From contig NC_068990.1 of assembly GCF_001194135.2 (NCBI RefSeq), positions 59,757,496 through 59,821,495 on the forward strand: 64,000 bases of DNA, given 5' to 3'. Source of the DNA: Octopus bimaculoides (lineage: Eukaryota). The translations under genes were made by a program, and so were the position numbers. The notes below the pieces were generated by a model. That model saw nothing but the letters and a program-made list of their open reading frames with translations, did not search any database and was not told the origin of the DNA. Below, in pieces: positions 38,885-52,300 of the stretch (position 1 is its first letter; each line of letters opens with the position of its first letter).

Positions 38885-39258
38885 TTTGGTAGGTAAGAAG
38901 TTTACTTCCCAGCCACATGATACTGGGTTCAGTCCCACTGTGTGGTAACTTAAGGAAGTGTCTTCTACAACAAACTTGGGCCAAATAATGGCTTGTAATG
39001 GATATGGGAAACAGAAAGAGAAGCCCATCATATGTATATAGCTAGACGTGTGAGCGTTTGTTTCCCTGCTATGGCTTGACAACTGGTATTGGCTTGTTTA
39101 TGTCCCATAACATAGCAGATTGGCAAAAAAAGACTGATAGAATAAATACCTGGTTTAAAAGTTAGTACTGTGGTTGATCTGTTCAACTAAACCCTTCATG
39201 GCAGTACCCTAGCATGGCCACAGTCCAATGACTAAACCAAGTAAAAGAGGATAAAAGA
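38885..39258 (+). mobile_element. SINE family E
   Basis: GGTAAGAAGTTTACTTCCCAGCCACATGATACTGGGTTCAGTCCCACTG..CCACAGTCCAATGACTAAACCAAGTAAAAGA. Confidence 0.75.
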
Positions 39259-39604
39259 TAATCTACAATAAATTCTGCCAGGCTTATTAAAACTTGCTCT
39301 TACTTTTCTCTTACTCATTATGGAACAATGAACTGAATAACTACAAATAATTATAATCTTGGAGGAAAAATTTTAGAGCTTAGTGGTTAGTCTTCTACTT
39401 TACTCAAATGAAAGCTGGCTATTGGTTTTAGAAGTGCTTAAGCTAATGATAATACTGTTTATAGTATTTTCATGGAAGACTAAACCATTGCAGCCACAGA
39501 TTTGGTGATATTAAAGTACTTACCTCTAAATCTGTGGTTGCAAATGCATATATCAGTCATACAGTTCAATTCACACAAATATGGATTTTTAAGGGATAGA
39601 TGCA

Positions 39605-39806
39605 TTTTATGTGGCACCAGTAAGGGAGCTTTTTATATGGTGCCAGCACAGGTGCTTTATTCATGGTGCCAGCATAGGTACTTTTTATGTGGCATCAACT
39701 TGGGTGTTTTTTTTGAGGTGCCAACACATGATTTTTACATGCTGCCAGCATGAGTGCTTTTTAAGTGGCATCAGCATGGATATTTTTCATGTGGTATCAG
39801 TACCTG
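39605..39806. repeat. Diverged ~24-25-bp minisatellite (about 8 units) related to the family F motif
   Basis: Repeated TTTTATRTGGYRCCAGCAY units. Confidence 0.65.
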
Positions 39807-40000
39807 CAGGATCATCAAGTAACTTGCAAGACAAGGACCTCTCAGCTGAGAGAGGGAGTGGAACTGAGAGAAGTGGCCATGCACCAGGTAAGAATTTGGA
39901 GTATGATAAAAGGATAAGGATAGCTGTCTTACTACAGGGGAGATACTTGACCACCCCAGCAGGACAAGGAAGAAAAATGAGGTGCAAAAAAGATAGACAT

Positions 40001-40118
<118 letters not shown>

Positions 40119-40896
40119 GGGGGATGGGCTTACTCATAGGGTACAGTGGCAGTGGTGGGGAGTATAAATATATAATTTTAAAGAGCCATATAGTAACATA
40201 GTAGACTATTAAGCAATTAAAAAACACTACTTATTATCTTCATGGTTGTGTGATTGAATTCTTGGACTTTGGTTTGTTTTAATCATTTCAGGCAAATAAA
40301 CTAGTAATTCCTTCCAAGCCATTCTTTAAGCACAATTAAGCCTTACAAAGTGGGAAAAAAAAAGTGTTTTTCAGCTTAAATATAAAAATATTAAGACTAA
40401 CAGGTGTCAACAATCTCAAAGCCAGTGACCTTTGGAATATCAGAAATTTAATATTGTCAATAGAGCAGGTTTCCTAAAATGCGACAATTTAATATTGTCC
40501 CATTGTTTTTCCATGTAAAGTAGGTAATAAGGATAAAGGAGTAACAGAGTAAGAGAATCCAAGAACATCATAACTCTCAGGTTTGTAAAATATGATAAGT
40601 TGAACAGATTAATTATAAAGCAACTATTTCCTCATTTTCATTCTAACATTCAAAAATAATGAACAGAAAAGTAGCAGAAATTAAATATACTTTTGCTGAT
40701 TTTATGAAAGAAAAGTATGCATATGTGTTTTTACAATCTGAGATGCTAAACTAACAATGAAGAGTTTTTCATCAGCCATTAGAATTAAACATTAAAAGCT
40801 GAATAGCAGCACAATACTTTTCGTATTGATTTCATAAAAGAGCTATAGATTACGTTAGTTCAGTCAATGCCCAATAAAATATTAAAAACAAAAAAT

Positions 40897-40929
<33 letters not shown>

Positions 40930-41584
40930 GACAAAAAAATTTCCTATTTCATAAAACAGCAAGAGTTGAAATAACAAAAATAACAGAAAAGGTTTTATAA
41001 GGCTCTGATGCATAATTTTCTTTATGGATAACACTAGAATAAAACCAATTCTGGAAATATTTCCTAAAAGTATCAATGCCATTAGCAAATAACAAAAATA
41101 CACATTAAAATTAGAAATGGTTCCTCTTTTTCATCCAATTTTTAAACTATAAATCAATAACGCACATAATTAGAAGACAGCAAACACTTCAGCTATATTA
41201 TAAAGTAAATATATCCATAAAACATTTTACTGCATGAATGAAAGATAAAAATACAACCAGATAGATTCTCATTGTTATTTGCTGACTCTCTGTTTGCTTA
41301 GTATAGGAAGTAACTGTTTTCAAGTTAAAAAGATACATGACCATTATTAGTCTGTGAATTCTGTGGAAAAGTTGAAGAACTGAAGCTAAAGAACCATGAT
41401 TCTGAAAAAAGCAGCAAGCAGGGCTAAATGCTAATAGTTTATCTCAAAAAATTACTTATGCATGTTTCCATGAAGCAGAGCAGCAGAAAGTTGTAGGGAG
41501 GATGGAGGAAATGACAAAGGTCTGTAAGGTTAGTAGTGAAAGAAGATTGTGCTCTGGTGGATTGGGAGTTGAGCACTCTCATTC

Positions 41585-41830
41585 CTTTTCTTTCATCTAT
41601 TACTTGCTTCAGTCATTGGATTGTGGCCATGCCAGGGCACAGGCTTGAAGGGTTTTGACAAACAAATCAACTCTGGAGCTTAATTCTTTTTTTTTAAAAT
41701 CTGGTATTAATTCAATCAGACTCTTTTATTTTGCTGAACTGCTAGGTTGAGGAAGTGTAAACAAACTGACACTAGTTGCCAAGTAGTGGTGGAGGACAGA
41801 CACACACATAGACAAATGCATATATATAAT
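41585..41830 (-). mobile_element. SINE family E, 3' half
   Basis: Reverse complement of the family E tail (TTACTTGCTTCAGTCATTGGATTGTGGCCATG). Confidence 0.65.
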
Positions 41831-41835
41831 ATACA

Positions 41836-41867
<32 letters not shown>

Positions 41868-42889
41868 ATGGAGAAATTATACAAAATGTATATATAGATG
41901 ATGAGTAAGGTACCAGCACAGTTTCGATTACCTGTTATCTGTAGATTTATTGCAGGAACTTCATAGTAGCAGTTGAGGTAACAGTATGAATAAAATAGAT
42001 GGAATGAGTAAAAGATTTTATATATATCACTTAGGTATTGCGAGATTAATAACCTAGTATACATATGTTTCAGAATGAATAACCTGTGATGGATGTTATT
42101 AAGAGAAATGGAATGAATTGGTGTGATTACATGGTGAGTATGTGAAGTGATGGAGAGGAAAATAGAGAAAGACATGGCTAAAAATGATAGGGTTGAAGAA
42201 AGAGAGGGAGTTGGTACCGAGAATGTAGTGAACAGGGTGAAAACAGAATGGTATTGTTTATTTCTGCAGTCAATTATACAACAGATCACATTGAATCATG
42301 ATGTTTAAATACAAAGAAACAGAAAAAAAAAAAGAAGCAAAAAACGGAAAAGAAAAAAGTGGGAGGAGGATGGTAAAGCAGCAGAAGATGGATGTGGAAG
42401 GGAATATGGGCCACACACTCTGAAACGAATACTGTGCTCAGCTGTGTACTGTGACAATGACTGTGATGGCACTAACATGCAGAATGGCCAGCGATACTTG
42501 TTGGAGCAGTCACTGCACTTTGCAGGGCTCGTTTCCCAAACGGGCTGTAGTGCAAATGGAGGAGACTGCCATGGAGCCTGTGAGTTTAACTTCAGCTTTA
42601 ACAGGGAAAAATGACCTTAAGATGCTTGTTGTTGTATACATTTTTATGAAGCACGACACTAACTGTACAGCCAGTTTCCCATCACACAGTATTAAATCCA
42701 TTTACTATCTTTCTTTATGCACTAACCTTCAATGGAACTCATAACCCAACAAACTTCAACTAATACACAGAAGATGATGAGCCTGTTTATGTAAAGAACA
42801 AGTATTTTAACATTTAGAAATCATAAATAAGGATTTTAGTAAGCTTATCACCACACTACAGTGTCTTACAAAGAGGAGGTGGAGGCAGC

Positions 42890-42924
42890 AGTAGTGGTGG
42901 TGGTGGTGGTGGTAGTGGTGGTGG

Positions 42925-42996
<72 letters not shown>

Positions 42997-43010
42997 CTGT
43001 GGTGGTGGTA
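42890..43010. repeat. (GGT)n/(GAT)n microsatellite
   Basis: Compound trinucleotide run; source of the poly-S/poly-P ORF. Confidence 0.95.
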
Positions 43011-43412
43011 TCATAACAATTTTGATTGAAGACTCACAATATGCTGTTGTTGTGATATGCCCAGGGCAAGAGATACTTGAACACAATCAGCTTTAATAGG
43101 CAGCAGGCTTGTTAAGGGGGAAAACAAAAAACAGAATGATGGTTAATTGGTATAGTATTAAACATCCAGGAAATTGGTGAACAAGTTCATGGTTTAGTTT
43201 CTGCCATACTCAAATTTTCTTGCATGACAATCAAGGAATACATGGTTAATTACCCCAACAATATATAACTATTATATAGTGTATGTACATTATGCATCAA
43301 TTTAAATAAAGCCATTACACAGCAGTTAACATAGTGATAATGATTTAAAAAAATAAAATAACACAAATGAACCAAACTTCTTGCATAAATAAACAACCAA
43401 ATAGAATATTGT

Positions 43413-43989
43413 TTAACTCTTTAGCATTCAAATTACTCTGTCAAATGTTAAAAGGGTAATGGGTAAAGACTCCTTTTGGTCATGAATGACCATGGGATTG
43501 AAAATAGAAAGTTACCCTCTGAGGCATAAGTCCAGGCAACGTTGTTTGTGGAAGGCCAATCAGTTGCCCATGCATACTAGCCACCTACCTCCATGCCACC
43601 GATGTTATCCAAGGGAAAGGCAAAGGCTGATACAGCTTGGCACCAGTGACATTGCAGCTCATTTTTACAGCTGAGGGAACCGGAGCAACATCAAATAAAG
43701 TGCCTTGCTCCAGAACACAACACACAGCCCAGTCCAGGAATCAAACTACCTCATAAGTGTGAGCCTGATGCTCTAAACACTGAGTCGAGTGCCTCCCCTG
43801 TCAAATGTAATGCTTATTTATTTATGTTGCTTTGAATTACTCATGCTGTGAAATTTTGATGATGTGATTGTTTGTTAGAAATAAATTGTAGGGTAGGTGT
43901 AAGAGGTGTAAGATCTGGCCAATTTGAAAGATTAAAAAAATGTAGACTATTTTGGTCAGATGTGGTCAGTTTAAATACTAATGGATTAA
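43413..43989. mobile_element. TTAA MITE family B interrupted by a SINE
   Basis: MITE 5' part 43413-43448 resumes at 43798 after the SINE insert; duplicated CTGTCAAATGT at 43438-43448 and 43798-43808. Confidence 0.85.
43449..43797 (-). mobile_element. Full-length tRNA-derived SINE with 11-bp TSD
   Basis: Minus strand starts GGGAGGCACTCGACTCAGTGTTTAGAGC.. (tRNA-like head), has TGTGTTGTGTTCTGGAGCAAGGCACTT central block and a TTTACCCATTACCCTTTTA tail. Confidence 0.85.
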
Positions 43990-45833
43990 AGAAATAAAAT
44001 GTTCTACTAAACGCATTAAGAATTTCTGAAATGTAGGAGTTAAGCCAAGAATCAAAAGGCCTTAAAGAAAACCTACCCAAAAGAAGACAGACTCTACTGC
44101 TATCAGGGAGATGGTCATGTAGGAACACTGGACAATGCATCAAACATAAAATTTAGATACACAAGAGACGTAATGAGACCATAGGCAGGCTAACCCTGTG
44201 TAGTTAAGAGAGCGAGAAAGAACTTTGGCTGTCAATGCTCACTAGAAGCAAACAGCAGAAACAATAAGATGGTAAAGATAGAAATGAAATGGAATTGGAC
44301 AAAAAGAAAAATCTTTAACAATAATTATTTCTTTTAGTGACATTTTTCTGAAAGCAATATTATTTTTGTGATACAATGGGAAGCACATTTCATGCAGTTT
44401 TTTTCTACCAACTTACAATAAAATGGAAATTTGGTTATAAGGTTGAAAAACAAAGCCTAAAGATATGTCTGAATGAGTGTACACACACACACACATTTAC
44501 ATGAGTCTTGAGTTTGTATGTATATAAGATACATTGCATACACACTTGTGTGTATTATGTGCAGTGTACTTTCATTTGTAATGATTGAGGTGTAATGACA
44601 AACAGGCTACAAACATGTACACAGGCTACTTTTTGCACAACTATAGTCTGCAGTATTCAATGGAATTTGTGTTTAGCATTTTTTTGCACTCTACTGTAAA
44701 ACCAGGCTGACTGGAACATCCTGCGTTTTGTGAAATCAGAAATGTGGCTCATCTCGGAGGATTCATAGGAACTTCAGAGGTTCTAGAAATTAACTTTTCT
44801 AGAATTGAAGCAGACATATGTAAACACTGTTTTGGCATGGTGCTTGGTGTGGACTCCTGGCCTTATCAGTTCCTCTCAAACAGTCCAACCTATGCCAGTT
44901 CGGAAAATGGACATTAAATGATGATGATGATTGTCCTTGCATTTTCTTAACTGCCAACCACTAATATCTTCTCTAACCTATTTTAAATGTATATTGTTTT
45001 GGTTAGTTCTTGCTGGCTTTTAACAAACAATTGGTGGGTTAATCTCTATCAACCTTTGAACAACAAAGCAGTTCACTGGAGGATTCCTATCATATTTGTT
45101 GCAACACTGTAGAAGTGGAATAACTGAGTACATATTGTATTAGACTACCATCTTACAGAACTTGAATTCAATTCAAATGGGAAATGTATGAAAGGTAAAA
45201 ATCTCTTAGATTGGACGTTAGAATTTTAACTTGCTTTTTCTGTAGGAAGTACTAACCTCAGTACAACAATGCAATAAACGAATGTGTGGCTGATACTTAT
45301 TTCAGTGAATTTATACCTTTGCTGGTACCTACTTAGAGCTGGGTGGCTTTCAGCACAATATAACATGCAGTGTCAGTAAGTGTAAAACCTCCTCACTGAT
45401 TCTTTTGTGCCTTAGTCAATAGTAGACTCTTCAGGTTTGAAGATTTGCTATGGATGGTACCACTACTGACAGAGTTGTTTGCCTGTTCATTTTGGTTGCT
45501 GACAAACAGAATGAGATGCCTTTCGAAAAGACAATGTAATTAATAAAGACTACTTAATTTATATAGACGACTGCTTACAAATTTGTTGGCATTTTACAAA
45601 TGTTAAGTAAATACACAGTTCAGAGTTAAGTAGGGTAGGTATCCTTACTCATCAGGAAAAATCTAAAAAATGACAAGTTATTTGTAATGATATATACTCA
45701 AATTGACTTTTATGTAAAAATCCAAGAGCTATTTAATTGGCTTTCAATAATGCAGTGCATTCTCTCTTTTTTTGTTTCTTGGAAAAGTTGTACCTTCAGT
45801 GACAGTTTAATTTTTTTAAAGCTATGATGAGAT

Positions 45834-46027
45834 AGGCCAGACATGGCTGTATGGTTAAAAAGTTTACTTCCAAACTACATGGTTTTAGGTTCAACTTCAA
45901 TGCATGATATATTAGGCAAGTGCCTTCTATTGCAGTTTAGGGTTTACCAAAGCCTTGCGAACGGATTTGGTAGATGAAAACTAAAAGAAACCTCTCGTGT
46001 ATGTGTGTGTGTATGTGTATGTGTGTG

Positions 46028-46077
<50 letters not shown>

Positions 46078-46385
46078 CTCTCTCTCTCTCTCAATCTCAT
46101 ACACACACAAACGTGTTTGTGTGAATGTGTGTTTGTCTCCTTGTCTTGGCATCACATGATACTTGTTAACAAGTGTTACCATAACACAAGCAATGTCATT
46201 CGCTTCCAGTCTTCCATGAAAACATGTCAAGCCATGGAGAAATATTACTTTAGTGGGAAATGGGTGATGGTTGGCAACAGGAAGGTTATCCGACTGTGGA
46301 AAGTCTACCTCAATGAATCCTCTCTGACTCATGCAAGCATGGGAAAATGGATGTCAAACCAATGATGATGATGATGATGATGATT
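45834..46385 (+). mobile_element. SINE family E head joined to a (GAT)n-tailed 3' module
   Basis: GGCTGTATGGTTAAAAAGTTTACTTCC head, TA/CA tract, then GGTTGGCAACAGGAAGG..CATGGGAAAATGGATGTCAAACCAATGATGATG. Confidence 0.65.
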
Positions 46386-47100
46386 ATGATGATGAGTGAC
46401 ACAGAAATTTCATTGATACCAAATTACAGATCTTTAAAGAATGCTTTTAATGTTAATATGTTTCTTAAAAATTTAACAAGTTTAAATCAAATTCACTGCA
46501 ATAATATTTCCATGGCTTTTATTATTGAATAAGATGTAGATCTTCAAATAGAATTAAGATGTCAATATTTTATTGTTATGTTTTGTTTTTCAAGTACAGA
46601 TATTACAAGACTGAATAATGTTATTTATATATTCGTTTGATATATATGGTGCCTCAATAAAAAAATCATTTCCTGTAGATAAATCATAAGATAGTATAAT
46701 TTTTATTTAAAAATCATGGAAATATATACAAATATTCTATTTATTGATATTAATCTGTTTGCATATTAGACATAACTGCATATTAATAATTTTATCAAGT
46801 ACATAATACATGCTGTTATTTTTGTGATCACCAATAAAATTCCAGTTTTCAGAGTAGATAAAAGCTGAACAAAAGTAACACATCACCAACATGCTAGGAA
46901 TAAAATTTTTAAGACATCTAAAAGAAAAAACAAACAAACAAAAAAACAAAAGTATCTTGAAGCGGCCTGAAGAATACAAACAAGGTAATCACTAAACTCC
47001 ACAAAGAAATAAAGTTTTGTATTAGCAGACTTCCTTCAGGCAATGTTAGTAAAAGACAAGCCACATAACAGAGTTGGCAGCAGCAGCAATAACATATATC

Positions 47101-47470
47101 ATGGCACTCTGTCGGTTCTGACAATGAGGGTTTCAGTTGATCCGATCAATGGAACAGCCTGCTGGTGAAATTAACGTGCAAGTGGCTGAGCACGCCACAG
47201 ACATGTGTACCCTTAACGTGGTTCTTGGGGAGATTCAGCATGACACGGAGTGTGATAAGGCTGGCCCTTTGAAATACAGGTACAACAGAAACAAGAAGAA
47301 AGAGTGAGAGAAAGACGTGGTGAAAGAATACAGCAGGGTTCGCCACCTTCCCCTGCCGGAGCCTTGTGGAAATTTAGGTGCTTTCGCTCAATAAATACTC
47401 ACAATGCCCGGTCTGAGAATCGAAACCATGATCCTATGACCACGAGTCCGCTGCCCTAACCACTGGGCCT
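47101..47470 (-). mobile_element. tRNA-derived SINE (further family)
   Basis: Minus strand AGGCCCAGTGGTTAGGGCAGCGGACTCGTGGTCATAGGATCATGGTTTCGATTCTCAGACCGGGC (box A/B). Confidence 0.75.
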
Positions 47471-48164
47471 CCACAAGCGGCAACAACAACAACAGTAGCA
47501 ACCACCACCAAAACTACCACCACTGCCGCTGCCATCATCATCATCATCATCACCACCATCACCAATAATTTAATATTCACTTTTCTATGTATGCATAGGT
47601 AGGCCAGTGTTTATCGAGGCAGATCTTCTATGGCTGGATGCCCTTTCTGTTGCCAGCCCTAACTTATTTCCAGGCAAAGTAATATTTCCTCATGGCCAGA
47701 TATGTTCTCAAAGAAAACTGAGAATGGCACTGCTAGTATGACAGTGACAATCACATGATGTCAAGACAAAGAAACACACACAGATACATATATACAATGG
47801 GCTTCTTCTGGTGCCACTAAATGAGATTGAATCAAGAATTATGTTGCTGTGAAGCAAACATCTTGTCACACAGTCATATCTGTGCTTATATTTGCAATAT
47901 ATTTTCTAAGGCAACAAGATGAAGAAGCTTGCAAACTTGAAATGTAATTCAAGTTTAGAAATGAAAATAAATACAAATAATAAACTAAAAAACCAATACA
48001 TAAGAATTAGTTTTTTTCAAATTAACAGAAAATTACAATACATGGATATATATAAGTTATAATAGTACAAGTATGCAAGTCCTTATCTGAAACACTTAGG
48101 GTCAGATGTGTTACAGCATTCAAACATTTCCAGATTTTAGGATGCATATATTACATACACATTG

Positions 48165-48350
48165 ATTTCAAATTTTGGCACTAGGCCAGCAATTTTGGGG
48201 TGGGGTAAGCTAATTATATCGACTCCAGTGCCTGAAGAGATGAAAGGCAAAGCCCCAGTGGAATTTGAACTCAGAATGTGAAGACAGACGAAATACCGTT
48301 AAGCATTTTGTCTAGCATGGTAATGATTCTGTCAGCTCACCACCTTAACT
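48165..48350 (-). mobile_element. SINE family A
   Basis: Same head and tail motifs as the other family A copies. Confidence 0.75.
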
Positions 48351-48416
48351 ATAAACAACTCTGGTGTACCTTCTTGTTCTGGATATAAATCAGCTGTTTT
48401 AAGACTATAAACAATA

Positions 48417-48633
48417 ATAGTTGTAAATTTTGGCACAAGGCCAGCAATTTTGGGAGGAAGAGGTAAGTCAATTACATCGAACCCCAGTGTTCAACTGGTA
48501 CATGTTTTATCAAACCCTGAAAGGATGACAGGCAAAGTCAACCTTGGTGGAACTTGAACTAAGAACATAAAGACAGATGAAATGCCATGAAGCATTTTGC
48601 CCAGCATGCAAAAAATTCAGTCAGCTTGCCGCC
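48417..48633 (-). mobile_element. SINE family A with 18-bp TSD
   Basis: TTAAGACTATAAACAATA at 48399-48416 and 48634-48651. Confidence 0.85.
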
Positions 48634-51600
48634 TTAAGACTATAAACAATATTAAAAATGATTTATATCCAGAACAAGAGGGTATGCGAGAGTTGCCAGT
48701 ACTATCATCAGTGAGTTGGAATCATGTGATATTAGGGCAATGACATGATTCATATACATATAACCTAGTGCTGAAGCAGCATTACAACAGACAGCATAAT
48801 AAATTCTTCTACTGTTATGTTTTATTAACAAAGATTAATGTCTAAGTAGTGGGGTGTCTTTCTTTTTTTTTACATTGAGTAAACTGCCTCATTCTTTTGT
48901 TCATTGATAAATGCATGTTATTCAAAACCATCAATTAACACATCACAATTTTTTTTTACTACGTCCACTCAGCTATTTCACTACAATAATATGGAGATAT
49001 AGGCATACAAACGTTTGACTGAAATAGAAGCAAGCAAAGCAACCAAATATAGTTTTGGATAACCAGATTGTAGATCGTGTGTGAATAGATATCACCTCAC
49101 GTGGGAATATTGTTAGGGATAGACTGATGTACTAATTATAAAGAGAAATTTATCATCTCTGATTTAACTCACACAAAAACATTAGAGTTAAGTAAAGGCT
49201 TTCAAAAGCCACTGAAGGCTTGAGAAAGTTTTACAAATGTTAACTTCTGAGTTTTTAAGAAGCCAGTAGGAAGTTTAAAGATTTCTCCTTATAGACTAAA
49301 AGCAGAATTCCTAAAAGCAGTGTTTCTCATAGGTGAAACCTGTGAGAATTGAAAAGGAAGTAGTCAAACTGCTATGTTTCACCTTTAACTGCTAAATGAA
49401 ATTGTATTTTTATTCCAGCAATGATATTAAATATCTGCCAAAAAATAGAACTGGTGATTTTCTGCAAGTCATGTTACCTCAAACTTGACATACCTCAACA
49501 GAAAAATAGTTTCAAACTCAAGATTTTTCAACAAAAGACATTGGCAATACAGAACTGCTTTCTGCAGTTCAGAGTAAGGAAATTTTGAATGGATATAGGA
49601 TTTTCACAGCAAAAAAAGGTTAATAAAATTAAAATGGCTTTTAACTTTTACACATGTCCAAAACCTTGGCAAACAAAAAAAATTAGTGGATGCAAATTCT
49701 ATTGTTTTCTTCTTAATAAAAAGGGTGAAGGTGGCCCCACCAAAATTTTGCAAGTACCTTTGTTGTGGTGCAAGTAGCTTTGTGGTGTGTTTAGAACTGG
49801 TTCTTGTCAGTCTGAAAACCACTGCTCTTATGGGTACCCAATGGGTTTAAACTTTTACACATATCTAATACCTTGGCATACACAGAAATATTTTATGGAT
49901 GCAAATTCTATTCTGTCTTCTCATTAATAAAGGTGAAAGTGGGCCCCAAAGATTTTCACCAATACCTTTGTAGTGTGTGGTTAAGACTGGTTCTTGTCAG
50001 TCAGAGAACCACTGTTCTTATGGGTACCCAGTTCTAACTGCTGATGTTGGAAAATACTTTTGATGAAATTCAGGAGGCTGAATAGGAATTCAGGTGAAAA
50101 CAAAACAAACCAAAAATTTATCAATGATTGAGTTTTATTAATTTTAAGCACCTCCACCATAAATTTAACCTTAAAGGACTGCACAAAAAAAAAGTATTTT
50201 GATACCCATTAGAATCCATGAAATCGTTTTCTACAAAGCAATAGGTGTGCAGTAAATTCTCAACTATGATGCTCTAGTTAATGTGAAAACCACTATGTAG
50301 TCACTCTATGCGCTAGAAATAGAAGCAAAATCTCACTTACATTTCGCCCTCTTTAAAAAAAAAAGAACACAGTTGATAATGATGTCCAAGGTACATTATG
50401 TGTAAAAGAAAAATAACAGGGTTGTCACAACCTGAAACATCTGGGATCTTAAGCTGAGCTGGGGCTATATAATAGCAACAACAACAACAAGAAACCTCAA
50501 TCATCAGAATCTGATTGCACTTTTGTCTTCAGAATTTTCAAAACAAACCAATGAGAAGTGAATAGATATAGCTATTATTTCACATTGAAACAAACATGAA
50601 GTAATCAAGGACTTCTATGTTAGAAAAAAACATAAACTACAATCTTATAATATTAGCAGCCATACTCATGCATTTGTTGATAAGGGAAGTGAAGGAAAAG
50701 GCAGATATATCCATACCCACCTTTCTCTCTCCAACAGCATCATTACATAATACTGTGATTTACATACTTCTTATCAACTCTTCATGCTGTTAGATTCTAG
50801 AATGACTTCAACTTGACCTGAAGAGCCTTCAAGGTCTCTGTCTTCTTAACTGCTTGCACATTAATATCTTCTCTAACCTATTTTAAAGGTACTTCTGTCA
50901 GGTCAGCTAGAGGCAGACAGTCAACTGTGTGTGTGTGTGTGTGTGTGTAGGCGTATGTGTATAAACACACTCTATCTCTCTGTGTTTAATTTCTCTTATT
51001 CTTTTCTGTTGAAGAGCGTAGGTTTGAAATGTAAAAAACTTTTTCATTCTTCCCAAGCATCAAACTAATACACTTGCTTATTGTTCATACACTTCATATA
51101 CGTGTCTTCATCTTTTGTTTTTCTATAAATTTCAACTATATATATATAAGTAAAAACTGAATAATAACACTCAGGAGAACAAATGTGATAGGATATTAAC
51201 AATGACAAAATCAGAAATATATTGAGGAAAAACCAAGGACCATTTGACGAAGATTGATTTGACTGACTTGAGACAGGTAAGATTGAGAGAAAGGATGAGA
51301 AAGAAGAATATAGTGTGGGTGAGGCAGATAGCAAATGTATTCTTATCCAAAATAGAAGTGCTGATACTGAAAACTATGAAGAGATGATTTGCAGAGATAC
51401 AATGATTTCTAATTCTTTTTCCTTGCTAAAATGTCTTTTAAATTTGATATAAAATGTTGCATAAGTCTAATCATTCTAAAAGGAAGAAACTGATATCAGG
51501 TTTTAGGAGATAAAATTAGGGGAGAGAGAGAGAGAGTGTGTATGTGTGTGTTTGTGTGTGTGTATGTGTGTGTGTGAGTGTGTGTGTAGTACATGGGTTG

Positions 51601-52122
51601 AATAACTAAATACAAAAAAATAACATTGGTGACACCTCTCCCCACCCCAATGTTTTTAGCTAAGCTCAGCTTGCCTATTCTTATAAGTATTCAAAAAACA
51701 TGATGTATTGAGTGGTTGTATAAAGGTCTTGTTTATAATTCCAATAATATAAATATTTAATGAGTAAAACAAACATTTATAACAGCCTTTAAAAGAATTA
51801 TATCTGTTCTACAGTTCTATGTATAAATAAACAACTTTACACATACATACACCTATAGACTTAAACAAAAGAAATGAAGGCAGTATAGAAGAAACAATCA
51901 GACACAAAGAAATCCTTGAATTAATATGTTCTAAGTCCAAATATTGTGAAGATCTTTTCTGTTTCTGAACCTAAAAATAGTCNNNNNNNNNNATGTGCAT
52001 TGCACAGGATGAACTTCCAGAAAAATCCAAATAAGAATGAATTCAGTTCAATATCTGAGAGATGAGGAATTATGTACATTATTTACATTTGACAGATATT
52101 TGTCCTCATCTTGTTTGTTGTT

Positions 52123-52165
52123 AACACGTTTTGGCTGATATACCCTCCAGCCTTCATCAGGTGTC
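52123..52165 (-). ncRNA. Degenerate hammerhead motif (GAAA to AAAA)
   Basis: Reverse complement GACAC-CTGATGA-AGGCTG..CAGCC-AAAAC-GTGTT. Confidence 0.55.
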
Positions 52166-52227
52166 TTGGGGAAATTTTGAACCTGGGTTCTCATTCCTAA
52201 GGTATTTTTCGATGTTATTATTATTCA

Positions 52228-52300
52228 GGTCACTGCCTGGAATCGAACTCGGAATCTTGGGGTTAGTAGCCCGCGTTCTTAACCACTACTGCATATGCCC
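52228..52300 (-). other. tRNA-like (Pol III box A/B) head inside the Penelope-type element, arm 3
   Basis: Reverse complement GGGCATATGCAGTAGTGGTTAAGAACGCGGGCTACTAACCCCAAGATTCCGAGTTCGATTCCAGGCAGTGACC; 73 nt; box B GTTCGATTCC. Confidence 0.8.

Noticed and set aside
44781-44810. Heat-shock element (two TTCTAGAA)
   Set aside because: Only two-unit repeats, out of phase, with no promoter context; expected by chance in AT-rich DNA.
48065-48150. Tigger/pogo-like terminal fragment
   Set aside because: Resemblance is weak and no partner end or TSD was found.
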